In this document: piece by piece, positions 17,494-26,890 of the stretch | How positions within the stretch are numbered: position 1 is the stretch's first letter | Layout: each line of letters starts with the position of its first letter | NCBI GenBank assembly: GCA_965249355.1 | Contig: CBDFLW010000004.1 | Coordinates: 1,645,591 to 1,709,590, forward strand | Reading direction: 5' to 3' | Source of the DNA: Dehalococcoidia bacterium | GTDB lineage: Bacteria; Chloroflexota; Dehalococcoidia; Lucifugimonadales; UBA3495 | Length of the DNA: 64,000 bases | The notes under the pieces: model-generated | Seen by the model: only the letters and a program-made list of their open reading frames with translations | What the model was told of the DNA's origin: nothing | The model's database searches: none | Translations under genes and position numbers: made by a program

Positions 17494-18858
17494 ATGACCA
17501 AGGATTTCCCCACTTTCGATTGCGACGCTCATATCGTCGAGCCTGCCAGAGTCTGGGAGCGGGCCGCAGACAACCTAACCAAGGACGAACTGGAAGCCCT
17601 CAAGTCCACCATGTGGTATGACGCCGAGACGAACCAGTTGCTGGTCAACGGCAAGGCCGACGTCAACAACTTCTCCCCGACACCGAAGACCGGCCCCGGA
17701 GCCATAGACATCGTAAGGCTGGCTGGCCCCGGACTGAAACATGACATCCAGCGCGCCCTGAACGTCCGCAACCTTCGCCCTGAGACTGCACTTACCCAGG
17801 AGCAGTCGGATTACCTGGCCCACGCCGGAGCCGACGAACCCGGCCCCCGGTTGCTGGATATGGACGTCCAAGGCATCGACCAGGTGATGATCATACCCAC
17901 CAGCATCGACACCTATCCCTGGCTGCAGAACGCCCTGGGCGCACGGGCCATGTGCAAGGCCTACAACGACTGGGCCTTCGAGTACACGCAGGAGGACCCG
18001 GACCGGCTCTTCTTCGCCGCCCTCATCCCCATGCAGAACCCTCAGTACGCCGCCGAAGAGGTCTATCGCGTGGCCGCACAGGGCTGCCGGGTCGCCCTCA
18101 TCCGGCCCATGGACGCCATGGGCAACTACCCGATTCAGCCCAAGTACGAGGTCGTGTGGAACGCGCTGGAGGATACCGGGCTGGTCTACGGAATGCATCC
18201 CTTCCCGGCCACGGGGCTCGCGAAGCCGCCAGGTTACTCCGACCAATATTCAGGCGCGGAGCTGATCAGAAAGGCAGTCTCCACCTCGGGCCTGCCCCAC
18301 AACCTCCTGACCAACGTGCAGAACTTCCAGGCCGAGGCCGCCCTGTGGGTGACCATGGTCCTGATGTCCGGGTTTTTCGAGCGGCACCCCAAGATCAAGG
18401 CCGCAGTGTTCGAGGCATCCTCCACCTGGCTCAGCTTTCTGCTGGACGAATGCGACAAGAACTACCGGCTCTACCGCAACGACCGCACTCTGCCCGCGTT
18501 GAAACAGATGCCCAGCGAGACCTTCTTTCAGCACTGCGTAACCGGTTTCGAGGGAGATGAGGCGCCGCCGTCCCGCTTGCCGGACTACTACCGCGACATA
18601 CTGGCCTGGGCCTCCGATGTCTACCACCACGACGGGGATGACGTTTGGCGGGCCATCGAGACCATGGAGGAGTGCGAGCTGCCCATTGACGACCAGGCCA
18701 GGTTTCTGGGTGAGAATGCCCGTCGGCTCTACAACGTTGACCCGCCCAAGACGATAATCCGCGACAGGGTGACCGAGATTCTCCGCCCGGACTGGTGGCC
18801 GGACGAAAACGAGATCAGGGAAGCCCTCAAGCCGGAGTCGTCGGTGACGCGCCGGTAA
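17494..18858 (+). CDS. amidohydrolase-2 family protein (ACMSD/metal-dependent hydrolase-like)
   Basis: N-terminus FPTFDCDAHIVEP is characteristic. ATG 17494 is preferred over TTG 17470. Confidence 0.8.
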   Translation: MTKDFPTFDCDAHIVEPARVWERAADNLTKDELEALKSTMWYDAETNQLLVNGKADVNNFSPTPKTGPGAIDIVRLAGPGLKHDIQRALNVRNLRPETALTQEQSDYLAHAGADEPGPRLLDMDVQGIDQVMIIPTSIDTYPWLQNALGARAMCKAYNDWAFEYTQEDPDRLFFAALIPMQNPQYAAEEVYRVAAQGCRVALIRPMDAMGNYPIQPKYEVVWNALEDTGLVYGMHPFPATGLAKPPGYSDQYSGAELIRKAVSTSGLPHNLLTNVQNFQAEAALWVTMVLMSGFFERHPKIKAAVFEASSTWLSFLLDECDKNYRLYRNDRTLPALKQMPSETFFQHCVTGFEGDEAPPSRLPDYYRDILAWASDVYHHDGDDVWRAIETMEECELPIDDQARFLGENARRLYNVDPPKTIIRDRVTEILRPDWWPDENEIREALKPESSVTRR

Positions 18859-18883
18859 CTACACACCATTTGGGACAGGCAGG

Positions 18884-20164
18884 ATGACGACAAGGAAAGA
18901 CTTCGAGGTCTTCGATAGCGACTCCCACGTGGTGGAACCCCGCGAGCTGTGGGAGAAATACCTGGATCCTGAGTACCGGGTCTTGGGCAAGCATGCCCTC
19001 TGGCGGGAAGAGGGGCAATTCGACTCGTACCTCAAGATCAATGGCCAGGTGTTCCGCGACAACGGAAACCCCAACATACCGCGCCACGCCATCTGGAAGC
19101 CGGGAATGACTTGGGACTCCGTGGGCAGCCTGGACCCTGATACCCGCCACCCTATGAGTGAGGGCGCGTGGGACCCGCAGGCAAGGCTCCGGGACATGGA
19201 CGCCATGGGCATAGACCGGGCCTTCATCTATCCCACCTGGTTCGCCGAAGGGTTTCACTTGGTGGAGGACCCCGACGTTTCATACGCACTGGCGCGGGCC
19301 TACAACGACTGGATAGCGGAATTCTGCCAAGCGGCTCCTGAGCGGCTGTTTGCTGCCGCGATGGTCCCCCTCAGGAACATGGACTTCGCCTTGGCGGAGT
19401 TGCGCCGCGTCGCCGGCGTCCGCTGCTTCCGGGGGGCTTTCATCCGACCCATGTTCATGGAGGGGCATTACTTTACGCACCCCTACTACGATCCCCTGTG
19501 GGCGGAGCTGGAGAGCCTGGGCTTGGCCGCTGCCGTGCATCCCACGGCCGGACTGTGGAACCCTGAGTGGACCTCCCACGGGCCATTCATCGAAAAGGTC
19601 AAGGGCCGGCTCACCCAGACCCCTGCCCTGAATGGCGGCGGGGGCGGGGCTTTCGCCGGCGGTAGCACCGACGACCGCAATCGGGTTTCGCCAGCCACCG
19701 GGATGGTGCCTTTGGGCCATCCGTTGGCTCCGATACTCTCCCACTGGCTCGACAACCACCTGTTCGTCGCCTCCACCCTTATCGGCTATACCGTGATGGA
19801 GCGGTTCCCGGAGATGAAGGTGGTGATGGCTCACGGGAAAGCCTCCTGGATGGAGGAGGTGCTGGAGAAGATGGAAGCTTCGACCCGGGTTATTCCGCTC
19901 CAGCATTACTACCCTGTCAGTACCGAGCCCGAGGAGATCTGGGATGAAGGCCGTGTGATGCTCGGATTCGATGCGGAGGAGCGGCTGATCCAGGAGCTAC
20001 CTCATTCCTTCGAGAAGAAAATCGTCTGGGGATCGCGCTACCCCCATCACGACACATCCAGCGCCTGGGAGGCCATCCAGACGCTGACCCAAGCAGACGT
20101 GTCGCGGCCGGTCATCGCCCGGATGATGGGCGGAAATGCGAGGGAGCAGTTCGGCCTGGGTTAG
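18884..20164 (+). CDS. amidohydrolase-2 family protein, paralog of 17494-18858
   Basis: FEVFDSDSHVVEP at the N-terminus, then AYNDWIAEFC, similar to the upstream gene (AYNDWAFEY). Confidence 0.8.
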   Translation: MTTRKDFEVFDSDSHVVEPRELWEKYLDPEYRVLGKHALWREEGQFDSYLKINGQVFRDNGNPNIPRHAIWKPGMTWDSVGSLDPDTRHPMSEGAWDPQARLRDMDAMGIDRAFIYPTWFAEGFHLVEDPDVSYALARAYNDWIAEFCQAAPERLFAAAMVPLRNMDFALAELRRVAGVRCFRGAFIRPMFMEGHYFTHPYYDPLWAELESLGLAAAVHPTAGLWNPEWTSHGPFIEKVKGRLTQTPALNGGGGGAFAGGSTDDRNRVSPATGMVPLGHPLAPILSHWLDNHLFVASTLIGYTVMERFPEMKVVMAHGKASWMEEVLEKMEASTRVIPLQHYYPVSTEPEEIWDEGRVMLGFDAEERLIQELPHSFEKKIVWGSRYPHHDTSSAWEAIQTLTQADVSRPVIARMMGGNAREQFGLG

Positions 20165-20341
20165 CCGCCCGCTCTCCTGCTGAGCACAGATGCGCCCCGA
20201 AAACCCTGTCTGTCATCGTCAGGCAATCGGACAGGCCGGTCCTTAATTTGTCGGGACCGGCCCAAATGCCTATTTAGAACGCGCTCCGGGGGACGACCGA
20301 ATGGAGGAGCCGGAGGAACCAACCAAAGAGAGGAGGCCGAT

Positions 20342-20959
20342 ATGTCCAGCCAGTCCGGGAGCACCGAAAAACTGCGGTTCGATGATTGCACCGTACCCGA
20401 GACCGGGGTCAGCGTCTACGAGGCGCTCTATCGTCGGCGAATGGCGTGGGACTTCAAAGACCAGGCGGTGCCCAGGGATGCGTTGGACCGTATGCTGGAG
20501 ACCGCCATCTGGGCGCCGAACCATCGCCTCACCGAACCTTGGCGGTTCTTCATCCTGGAAAAGGGAAGCGAGGCTTTGGAGAGAGTGGCCGGGCTGGCCC
20601 ATGACTTCGCCCTGCAACGCAGCGGCAACGCGCAGCGCGCCGAGGCCACCCGCGATTCGTTGCTCAAGACCCCGGTGATCATCTACATGTACTCCACTCC
20701 CGGACGAGATGATGAGGGCACTAGGGAGAACTACGCAGCTGTCTGTTGCGCCGCTCACAACATCGCCTTGGCCGGAGTGGCCGAGGGATTGGCAGTGACC
20801 TGGGAAACGGGTGGGCCCACTCGCCACCCGGACCTGGCAAACTCCCTTGGGGCTGAGGACGATTGGGAGTTGGCGACCATGCTCTCCATCGGCTACCCCG
20901 CGGAGGACCCTCCATCCCAACGCACGCCCGTTTCCAACTTCGTCCGTTGGTTGGAATAG
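20342..20959 (+). CDS. nitroreductase-family protein
   Basis: RRRMAWDFKDQAVPRDALDRMLETAIWAPNHRLTEPWRFFIL is the typical nitroreductase N-terminus. Confidence 0.8.
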   Translation: MSSQSGSTEKLRFDDCTVPETGVSVYEALYRRRMAWDFKDQAVPRDALDRMLETAIWAPNHRLTEPWRFFILEKGSEALERVAGLAHDFALQRSGNAQRAEATRDSLLKTPVIIYMYSTPGRDDEGTRENYAAVCCAAHNIALAGVAEGLAVTWETGGPTRHPDLANSLGAEDDWELATMLSIGYPAEDPPSQRTPVSNFVRWLE

Positions 20960-20992
20960 CTCTCGCCGATCCAACACAGATGAGGAGGCGCC

Positions 20993-21448
20993 ATGCCCAT
21001 TATAAGGAAAAGCGACCGGAGCAAGAGAGAGGATGCAACCTCTCCCGGTCTGGAGTCGTTCGGCATAGTGGATGCCGATCATGGCAGTGATTCGTTGAGA
21101 GTCGGCGAGGTCACTATCGCCGGTATGTCCCGCGTGCCGCGCCACACCCACACCAACACGGAAGAGGCGATGGTGTTGCTGGAGGGTACGCTGGAAGCAC
21201 TGGTGGGCCGGGAGCGGGTGACCATAGGACCCGGTGACCTGGTACTTGCGCCTGCCGGGACAGTGCACGGATTCCTCAACCGCTCGGAGACGCCGGCCCG
21301 GTTGCTGTTCGTTTTCCCGATTCACGAACCCGACCGGGTGCTGTCAACACCGCCCGACGCGCCACCGTCCGGGTTCCCGTCGGAACAGGGTCTTTCCGGC
21401 TTCCGCTCGCCCCACGACCGGCCCCTGGAACGCGAGTCCGAGTCTTGA
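20993..21448 (+). CDS. cupin-domain protein
   Basis: RHTHTNTEEAMVLLEGTLEALVG..VTIGPGDLVLAPAGTVHGFLN contains the two cupin motifs. Confidence 0.75.
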   Translation: MPIIRKSDRSKREDATSPGLESFGIVDADHGSDSLRVGEVTIAGMSRVPRHTHTNTEEAMVLLEGTLEALVGRERVTIGPGDLVLAPAGTVHGFLNRSETPARLLFVFPIHEPDRVLSTPPDAPPSGFPSEQGLSGFRSPHDRPLERESES

Positions 21449-21510
21449 CTATCGTATGGCTAATGGTTAAGGTCACACCAGTATCAAATCGCCCCAAATG
21501 AGGGATAGGC

Positions 21511-23358
21511 ATGGCAGATTACGACAAAATTATTCGTAACGGTACGATTGTCGATGGCACCGGTGGAATGCCGGCTTTCCGCGGCGATGTCGCCATCAAG
21601 GATGGCAAAATCGCCATGATCAGCGGCCGGATACAGGGATCGGCCAAGGAGGAGCTCGACGCCACGGGCTGCATTGTGGCACCTGGGGCTATCGACCTTC
21701 ACACCCACTACGATCTCCAGCTGAACTGGGAACCTTACGCCACCATGTCCGGCTGGCACGGCGTAACCTCGGTGACCATCGGCCAGTGCGGCTTCGGCTT
21801 CGCCCCGTGCAAACCCGAAGACCGCGATGCGGCTATGCGCCTCATGACCAGGATCGAGGCGATTCCAATGAAGACGATGGAACTGGGCCTGAGGTGGGAC
21901 TGGGAGACCTTCCCGCAGTGGATGGACAGCCTGGACAGCCATCCTCTCGGCATCAACGTGGGCGCGCTGGTGCCCTTCAACACGCTGCGAATGTACGTGA
22001 TGGGCCTGGAGGATTCCCGCACGGTCATTCGGGCCAGCGACGAGCAGATCCGGCAAATGGAGGATCTGCAGCGCGAGGCCATGCGTGCCGGCGCCTTCGG
22101 CTGGTCGGCCATGAAGACCCTGGCCAACCGCCCGGACGACGGACGTTTCATCCCCAGCCAGGTTGCTTCCAACGATGAGTTCCTGGCCCTGGCAAAGGTA
22201 CTGAACGAATTTGGCGTCGGTCACATCGGCTGGACCCGCGGCCCTGCTGAGCGCCCGTTGCCCCCCGGTGAGCCGGACCTGATTGGCGGCGGTGACCCTG
22301 GGCCAGTGGTGGCAGCGGTCACAGGGCAGTCGGCGATTCTGATGGACGCAGTGGAGGGCGACGCGCCAGGCAGGGGACGTGAGGACTTCCTCATCGAGAT
22401 GTGCCTCGCCTCCGGGCGGCCCATCCAGTGGGGCGCGGTGTCCTTCAACGAGAACGCCCCAGGCCGCTACAGGGAGCAATTGGCATTCCTGGAAAGGGCT
22501 CGCAACGAGGGCGCACCGATGTACGCCCAGACGACGGCCTACTCCCCCTCCCCGGTGTTCGAATTGGCCGAATACAACGGATTCGACGCCATGCCCAACT
22601 GGATCGACCCGTTCGTCGGCACTCCGGAAGAGCGGATCGCCAAGTTGAGCATACCCGAGAACCGGGACAAGATGCGCCAGGACGTGGGTGCGTACGCCGG
22701 CCAGGGTGGTGCCGCCGACGCGGCCTCCGAATGGTCGAAGATGCGGGTGGTTGAGGTCCGGGAGGACCGCAACCTGAAATACGAGGGCAAGAACATCGCC
22801 GAGTTGGCCGAAATGATGGGCAAGCACCCCATGGACGCTATGCTCGACCTGGCCATAGACGAGGGGCTCCGCACCGAGTTCACTTTTGACTCGGCACAGG
22901 GGACGGACAGGAGGGCGGTGTCCGAAATCCTGAACCACCCCTACACGCACCCATGCGTGTCTGACGGTGGCGCCCATACCCGTTATCAGACCCTCGGCTC
23001 TTGGCCGGTCAATATGATCGCGGACAGGGTGAGGGACCAAGGAATGATGAGCTTGGAGAAGGCCCACTACAAGATGAGCATGCTCCCGGCCGCCATCGCC
23101 GGTTTCACCGACCGGGGCATCCTGAAGGAAGGGTTCGCCGCCGATATCATGGTCTACGACCTGGACAAGCTGGGCCTCCAGTTCGACAGCCCGGTCTACG
23201 ACACAGACTTCCCTGGCGGGGAGCGGCGCATCATCCAGAAGGCCAAGGGAATCCGTTTCACCATCGTCAACGGCGAAGTCACCTTCACCGAGGGCACTGT
23301 GTGCACCGGAGCGACCCCAGGGAAGCTGCTGCGCAGCTATGACATGGTAAACCGCTAA
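21511..23358 (+). CDS. D-aminoacylase-type amidohydrolase (N-acyl-D-amino-acid deacylase family)
   Basis: YDKIIRNGTIVDGTGGMPAFRGDVAIKDGKIAMISG...DATGCIVAPGAIDLHTHYD and C-terminal GILKEGFAADIMVYD. Confidence 0.85.
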   Translation: MADYDKIIRNGTIVDGTGGMPAFRGDVAIKDGKIAMISGRIQGSAKEELDATGCIVAPGAIDLHTHYDLQLNWEPYATMSGWHGVTSVTIGQCGFGFAPCKPEDRDAAMRLMTRIEAIPMKTMELGLRWDWETFPQWMDSLDSHPLGINVGALVPFNTLRMYVMGLEDSRTVIRASDEQIRQMEDLQREAMRAGAFGWSAMKTLANRPDDGRFIPSQVASNDEFLALAKVLNEFGVGHIGWTRGPAERPLPPGEPDLIGGGDPGPVVAAVTGQSAILMDAVEGDAPGRGREDFLIEMCLASGRPIQWGAVSFNENAPGRYREQLAFLERARNEGAPMYAQTTAYSPSPVFELAEYNGFDAMPNWIDPFVGTPEERIAKLSIPENRDKMRQDVGAYAGQGGAADAASEWSKMRVVEVREDRNLKYEGKNIAELAEMMGKHPMDAMLDLAIDEGLRTEFTFDSAQGTDRRAVSEILNHPYTHPCVSDGGAHTRYQTLGSWPVNMIADRVRDQGMMSLEKAHYKMSMLPAAIAGFTDRGILKEGFAADIMVYDLDKLGLQFDSPVYDTDFPGGERRIIQKAKGIRFTIVNGEVTFTEGTVCTGATPGKLLRSYDMVNR

Positions 23359-23400
23359 CCACCCCAGGCAGAGCGGTTTTCAAGCTGCTTTAACGCGCTC

Positions 23401-23440
23401 AGGCGAAGGACCCCGAAAGGGTCCTTCGCCTGTTTATGGT
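23401..23440 (+). terminator. rho-independent terminator after the D-aminoacylase gene
   Basis: 13-bp perfect stem AGGCGAAGGACCC / GGGTCCTTCGCCT with loop CGAAA, followed by the T-rich GTTTATGGTTT. Confidence 0.7.
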
Positions 23441-23680
23441 TTCCTATACCACTTCCCCCGTCTTTACCCTCTTTACTAAACTTCGGGATGACTCATGTTT
23501 ATGGCGGACAGATTCGGGGGAATTGATGTGGAAGTTTTGAGAATGAGCAAATCGCAGTAGAAATGGTTTAGTTTGACCCCGGAACACACTTGTCCGGGTC
23601 CTCCTATAACAGTTCAGACTTGATGAGGCGAATTGGCCGAAAGTTGCCGAAAGAGCAAAGGGGGACAGTTTCGCGGTTAT

Positions 23681-23708
23681 GTTAAATCAGAGGCGTTAAA
23701 TCAGAGGC
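23681..23708. repeat. 2 x 14-bp tandem GTTAAATCAGAGGC abutting the transposase ATG
   Basis: Read directly: 23681-23694 and 23695-23708. Confidence 0.9.
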
Positions 23709-25067
23709 ATGGATACGAGCCTTGACCTGAGCGCCATGCCGCGGGAGGACCTGCTGGCCCTGATTGCCCAGTTGCAGGCTGTCGTTCAAGAGCAGCAAGC
23801 CGTCATCGCCCAGTTGCAGCGGCGGATAGAGGCGCTGGAGGGAAAGGCCAAACCGGGCGGCCCCAAAGGGATGCCCGGCATCAAGCCCAAGTCCGGCCGC
23901 CAGCAGACTCCCAGGGAGAAACAGTCCCAGGAAGCCCCGGCCCCGCGGTTTTGCCCGCCAGCGCATGACTCCCACCCACCGGGTGGCCCACGCCGTGGAG
24001 AGTTGTCCTGATTGCGGAACCCGGCTGTCCGGGGGCTGGACCCACCGCACCCGGGAGGTCATCGACCTGCCGGTGGTTCCGGTCCAAGTAACCGGACATG
24101 TCTTCATCGCCAGGACTTGCCCAGTGTGTGAGCAACGCCGGGTGCCCAAGGTGGACTTGGGCGAGGTGGCGCTGGGGAAACAACGATTGGGAGTAAACCT
24201 GCTCAGCCTGATGGCGGCCTTGCGGGAGGAGGGGAGGCTGCCCTTCCGTACCGTCCAGTGGTATCTGCAGACCGTCCACCAGTTGCGCCTGAGCCTCGGC
24301 GCCATCGTCCGGGCCATCCACCAAGTGGCCCGGCAGGCCCAACCGGCGGTGGACCGGATTCTGGAGCGCATCCGGGGCAGCCCGGTGGTCCACGCCGACG
24401 AGACCGGTTGGCGCCAGGATGGGGTCAACGGCTACGTCTGGACTTTCAGCACTCCCACCGGGCGGTACTTCCTGCGCCGCAGGAGGAACAAGGAGGTGGT
24501 GGACGAGGTGCTGGATGAGTCCTTCAGTGGGGTGTTGGTCAGCGACTTCTATGCCGCCTATCATCACTACCCGGGACTGAAGCAGCGGTGCTGGGTGCAC
24601 CTGCTGCGGGACATCCACGACCTGAAGACCCTCTACCCCAGAGATGCCTCACTGCTCCGGTGGGCGGCGGCGGTCCAAGGCATCTACCGGCAGGCCAAGG
24701 GCTTCAGCCATCCCGGCGCTGGTCAAAGACGGCTGGTCCAGCAGCGGTTGGAGCGGAAACTGCTGGACCAGTGCCGTCTCTACGCCCAGGACCCGGCAGC
24801 CGCCCAAGGCAACCTGTGCCGACGTATCGAGACCTTCATCAAAGAGCTGTTCGTCTTTGTGGCCGACCCGGCGGTGCCCTCGGACAACAACGCTGCGGGG
24901 CGCAGCCTGCGCCCTTGGTGGTCAGCCGCAAAATCAGCGGCGGCACCCGCTCAGACCGGGGCACCGACACCAAGATGACCCTGGCTTCCCTCTTCGGCAC
25001 CTGGCGCGCCCAGGGGTTGGATCCCCTCTCGGCCTGCCGTCAGATGCTCGGATCCCCTCAACTCTGA
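23709..25067 (+). pseudogene. IS66-family transposase split over three frames (two frameshifts)
   Basis: Leucine-zipper N-terminus LLALIAQLQAVVQEQQAVIAQLQRRIEALE (frame of 23709). Zinc-ribbon and core ESCPDCGTRL...VHADETGWRQDG...VLVSDFYAAYHHY...CWVHLLRD (frame of 23965). C-terminal LVVSRKISGGTRSDRGTDTKMTLASLFGTWRAQGLDP (frame ending 25067). Shifts lie near 23900-23965 and 24905-24925. Confidence 0.8.
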
Positions 25068-25529
25068 ACTGTTACGTCCTCCTTCCCATGCCACCACCAT
25101 TTCGGCGCACCCAGGCGGGAGAGCCGTATGAGCCGTCGCGGGGCGCTCTGACCGGCCGTGTGGCCCGCGTAGCGGCGGACAAGACCTGAACGCCTCGGAG
25201 GGCGGGAAGTGGGCCAAGAGCTGCGCCTTCCAGCCAACACAGACCACCGCCCGCCTTTGCCGTCGATCTCACTGACTTTGCAATCTTCCTGCCCAGGGCA
25301 TTGGGGCGATTGCAAAGTGACGCCTCTTGGTTTCTGCTCATTCTGAGTTTGTTGAAGGATGCCCGTTCAAGCCACCGATGGTTCGACAGGCTCGCCAAGA
25401 GCGAATAGAAAAAGACTTTACAATCCTCTTGGTATTCTATGCAGGGCAATCGCGTATTAACTTTCTTCGCATCCAGCAACCCACCATTGCCAGAAAATTC
25501 GCCGTCATTTGTATGTTGCATATGCGGCA

Positions 25530-26712
25530 CAGACCGGCCAATCTGTGTTGCAGGCGTGAGGGGCGCGTCGTCCGTCATTGGGCGAGCCGGGGTTGTTTGC
25601 CCTGACTGCGCCGAGCGGGAGTAGGACACCCCTCACGCCACGCCAAGGCCCTCCGAACGGATACCGGGGCGCAAGGCCCGCATAGCAAGTGGGGAGGACC
25701 TCAGCGAATGATACCTGCAACAGGAGGCAGCAACAATGACAAGCACCACCACAGCGGCCGTCGTGGGCATTGACGTGGGCAAAACCCGCCTGGACGCAGC
25801 CTCCGGCGGAAGGGAGGTCCACCCCTTCCCCAACGATGACCCAGGCATCGCCGCCCTGCTGGCCTGGCTGACGGCTCAGCCCGTGGCCCTCGTCGTCTGT
25901 GAACCCACCGGCGGCTACGAGGGACCCTTGGTCCATCGACTGGCCCAGGCTGGCCTGCCGGTGCATCTGGCCCATCCCAACAAGGTCCGCGCCTTCGCCC
26001 AGGCCAGTGGACGCCAGGCCAAGACCGACCGTCTGGACGCCCAGGTCCTCGCCCAGTACGGGCAGGCCTTTGCTCTCCAGGAATCTCCGCCTCCGGATCC
26101 CCAGCGGGAGGAACTGCAGTCCTTGCTCCGCCGCCGCCGCCAGCTGGTCAACCAGAGGGTCCAAGAACGCAACCGTCTCGACCGGGCCTGGAACCCAGCA
26201 ACCCGGGCCTCCACCCAGCGCCACATCGACTGGCTGGATGCGGAGATTGCCCGCCTCGACCGGGACTACCAGGACGCCTTGGAGTCCAGTGAACACCTGT
26301 GCCAGCAGGCCATTCTGTACCGCAGCGTCCCCGGCGTCGGTCCCCTCACCGCTGCCACTCTGGTGGCTGACTTGCCCGAGTTGGGCTATGGCGACAGCAA
26401 GGGATTGTGCGCACTCGCCGGGCTGGCTCCCTGGGCCCGGGACAGCGGACAGCAACGCGGGCATCGCGCCATCAGAGGTGGACGGCCCGCAGTCCGCCGT
26501 GCTTTGTATATGTCGGCCCTCTCCATCGTGCGTACCGAGGGCCAACTGCGCCAGTTCTACCGGGGTCTGCGCCAGCGGGGCAAGCCTGGCAAAGTGGCCC
26601 TCGTAGCGGTCATGCGCAAGCTCCTGACCCAACTCCACGCCATCGCCCAACGCGGCACACCTTGGACACCCAACCACACACCGGCCCTCTGAACCCGAAA
26701 TCCAGCCAAACC
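25530..26712 (+). mobile_element. IS110-family insertion sequence (boundaries approximate, +/- 15 bp)
   Basis: Similarity to the uninterrupted repeat copy at 13387-13603 is lost near 25528 and resumes near 26716. The interval holds a ~200-bp non-coding left end and the transposase gene. No terminal inverted repeats, as expected for IS110. Confidence 0.7.
25736..26692 (+). CDS. IS110-family (DEDD) transposase
   Basis: VVGIDVGKTRLD, VVCEPTGGYE, GRQAKTDRLDAQVLA (DEDD-type N-domain) and the C-terminal SVPGVGPLTAATLVADLPELG (Transposase_20 HhH). Confidence 0.9.
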   Translation: MTSTTTAAVVGIDVGKTRLDAASGGREVHPFPNDDPGIAALLAWLTAQPVALVVCEPTGGYEGPLVHRLAQAGLPVHLAHPNKVRAFAQASGRQAKTDRLDAQVLAQYGQAFALQESPPPDPQREELQSLLRRRRQLVNQRVQERNRLDRAWNPATRASTQRHIDWLDAEIARLDRDYQDALESSEHLCQQAILYRSVPGVGPLTAATLVADLPELGYGDSKGLCALAGLAPWARDSGQQRGHRAIRGGRPAVRRALYMSALSIVRTEGQLRQFYRGLRQRGKPGKVALVAVMRKLLTQLHAIAQRGTPWTPNHTPAL

Positions 26713-26890
26713 CTTGACATCCAACACGGATACTCCCGCGACAGCTGGAATCCAGAGTCCTTCACCGTCTGGAATGTGGCGCACCACGGCAACCCTGGAT
26801 TTCCGCTTTCGCGGGAATGACGGGCACCGGCAACGCTGTTTTGCTTAATACGCGATTGCCTGGTATTGCACGCCCAAGGCAGGCCTATAG

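Larger units (their letters stand above)
23606..25075 (+). mobile_element. IS66-family insertion sequence (single-ORF, ISBst12-like), 1470 bp, with 8-bp target-site duplication
   Basis: Ends are ATAACAGTTCAGA (23606-) and TCTGAACTGTTAC (-25075), giving a 12/13 inverted repeat. The right end reads GTAA... as in IS66 termini. GTCCTCCT is directly repeated at 23598-23605 and 25076-25083. Confidence 0.8.
25442..26862. mobile_element. second member of the CAGGGCAATCGCG-ended MITE family, carrying a nested IS110 insertion
   Basis: CAGGGCAATCGCGTATTAA (25442-25460) versus TTAATACGCGATTGCCTG (26845-26862) form an inverted repeat with one G missing. The flanking 10-mers GTATTCTATG and GTATTGCACG match 7/10. 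Confidence 0.65.

Noticed and set aside
21484-23067. 527-aa minus-strand ORF
   Set aside because: It lies entirely antisense to the well-supported D-aminoacylase gene. Its Arg/Gly/His/Pro-rich composition is typical of antisense frames in GC-rich DNA, and it carries no recognisable motifs.
23538-25345. Second candidate inverted repeat for the IS66 ends (GAGAATGAGCA at about 23545 versus TGCTCATTCT at about 25332)
   Set aside because: It is only about 10 bp with no flanking duplication, and the right copy belongs to a separate dispersed repeat. The 23606/25075 ends, with a GTAA terminus and a perfect 8-bp TSD, explain the element better.
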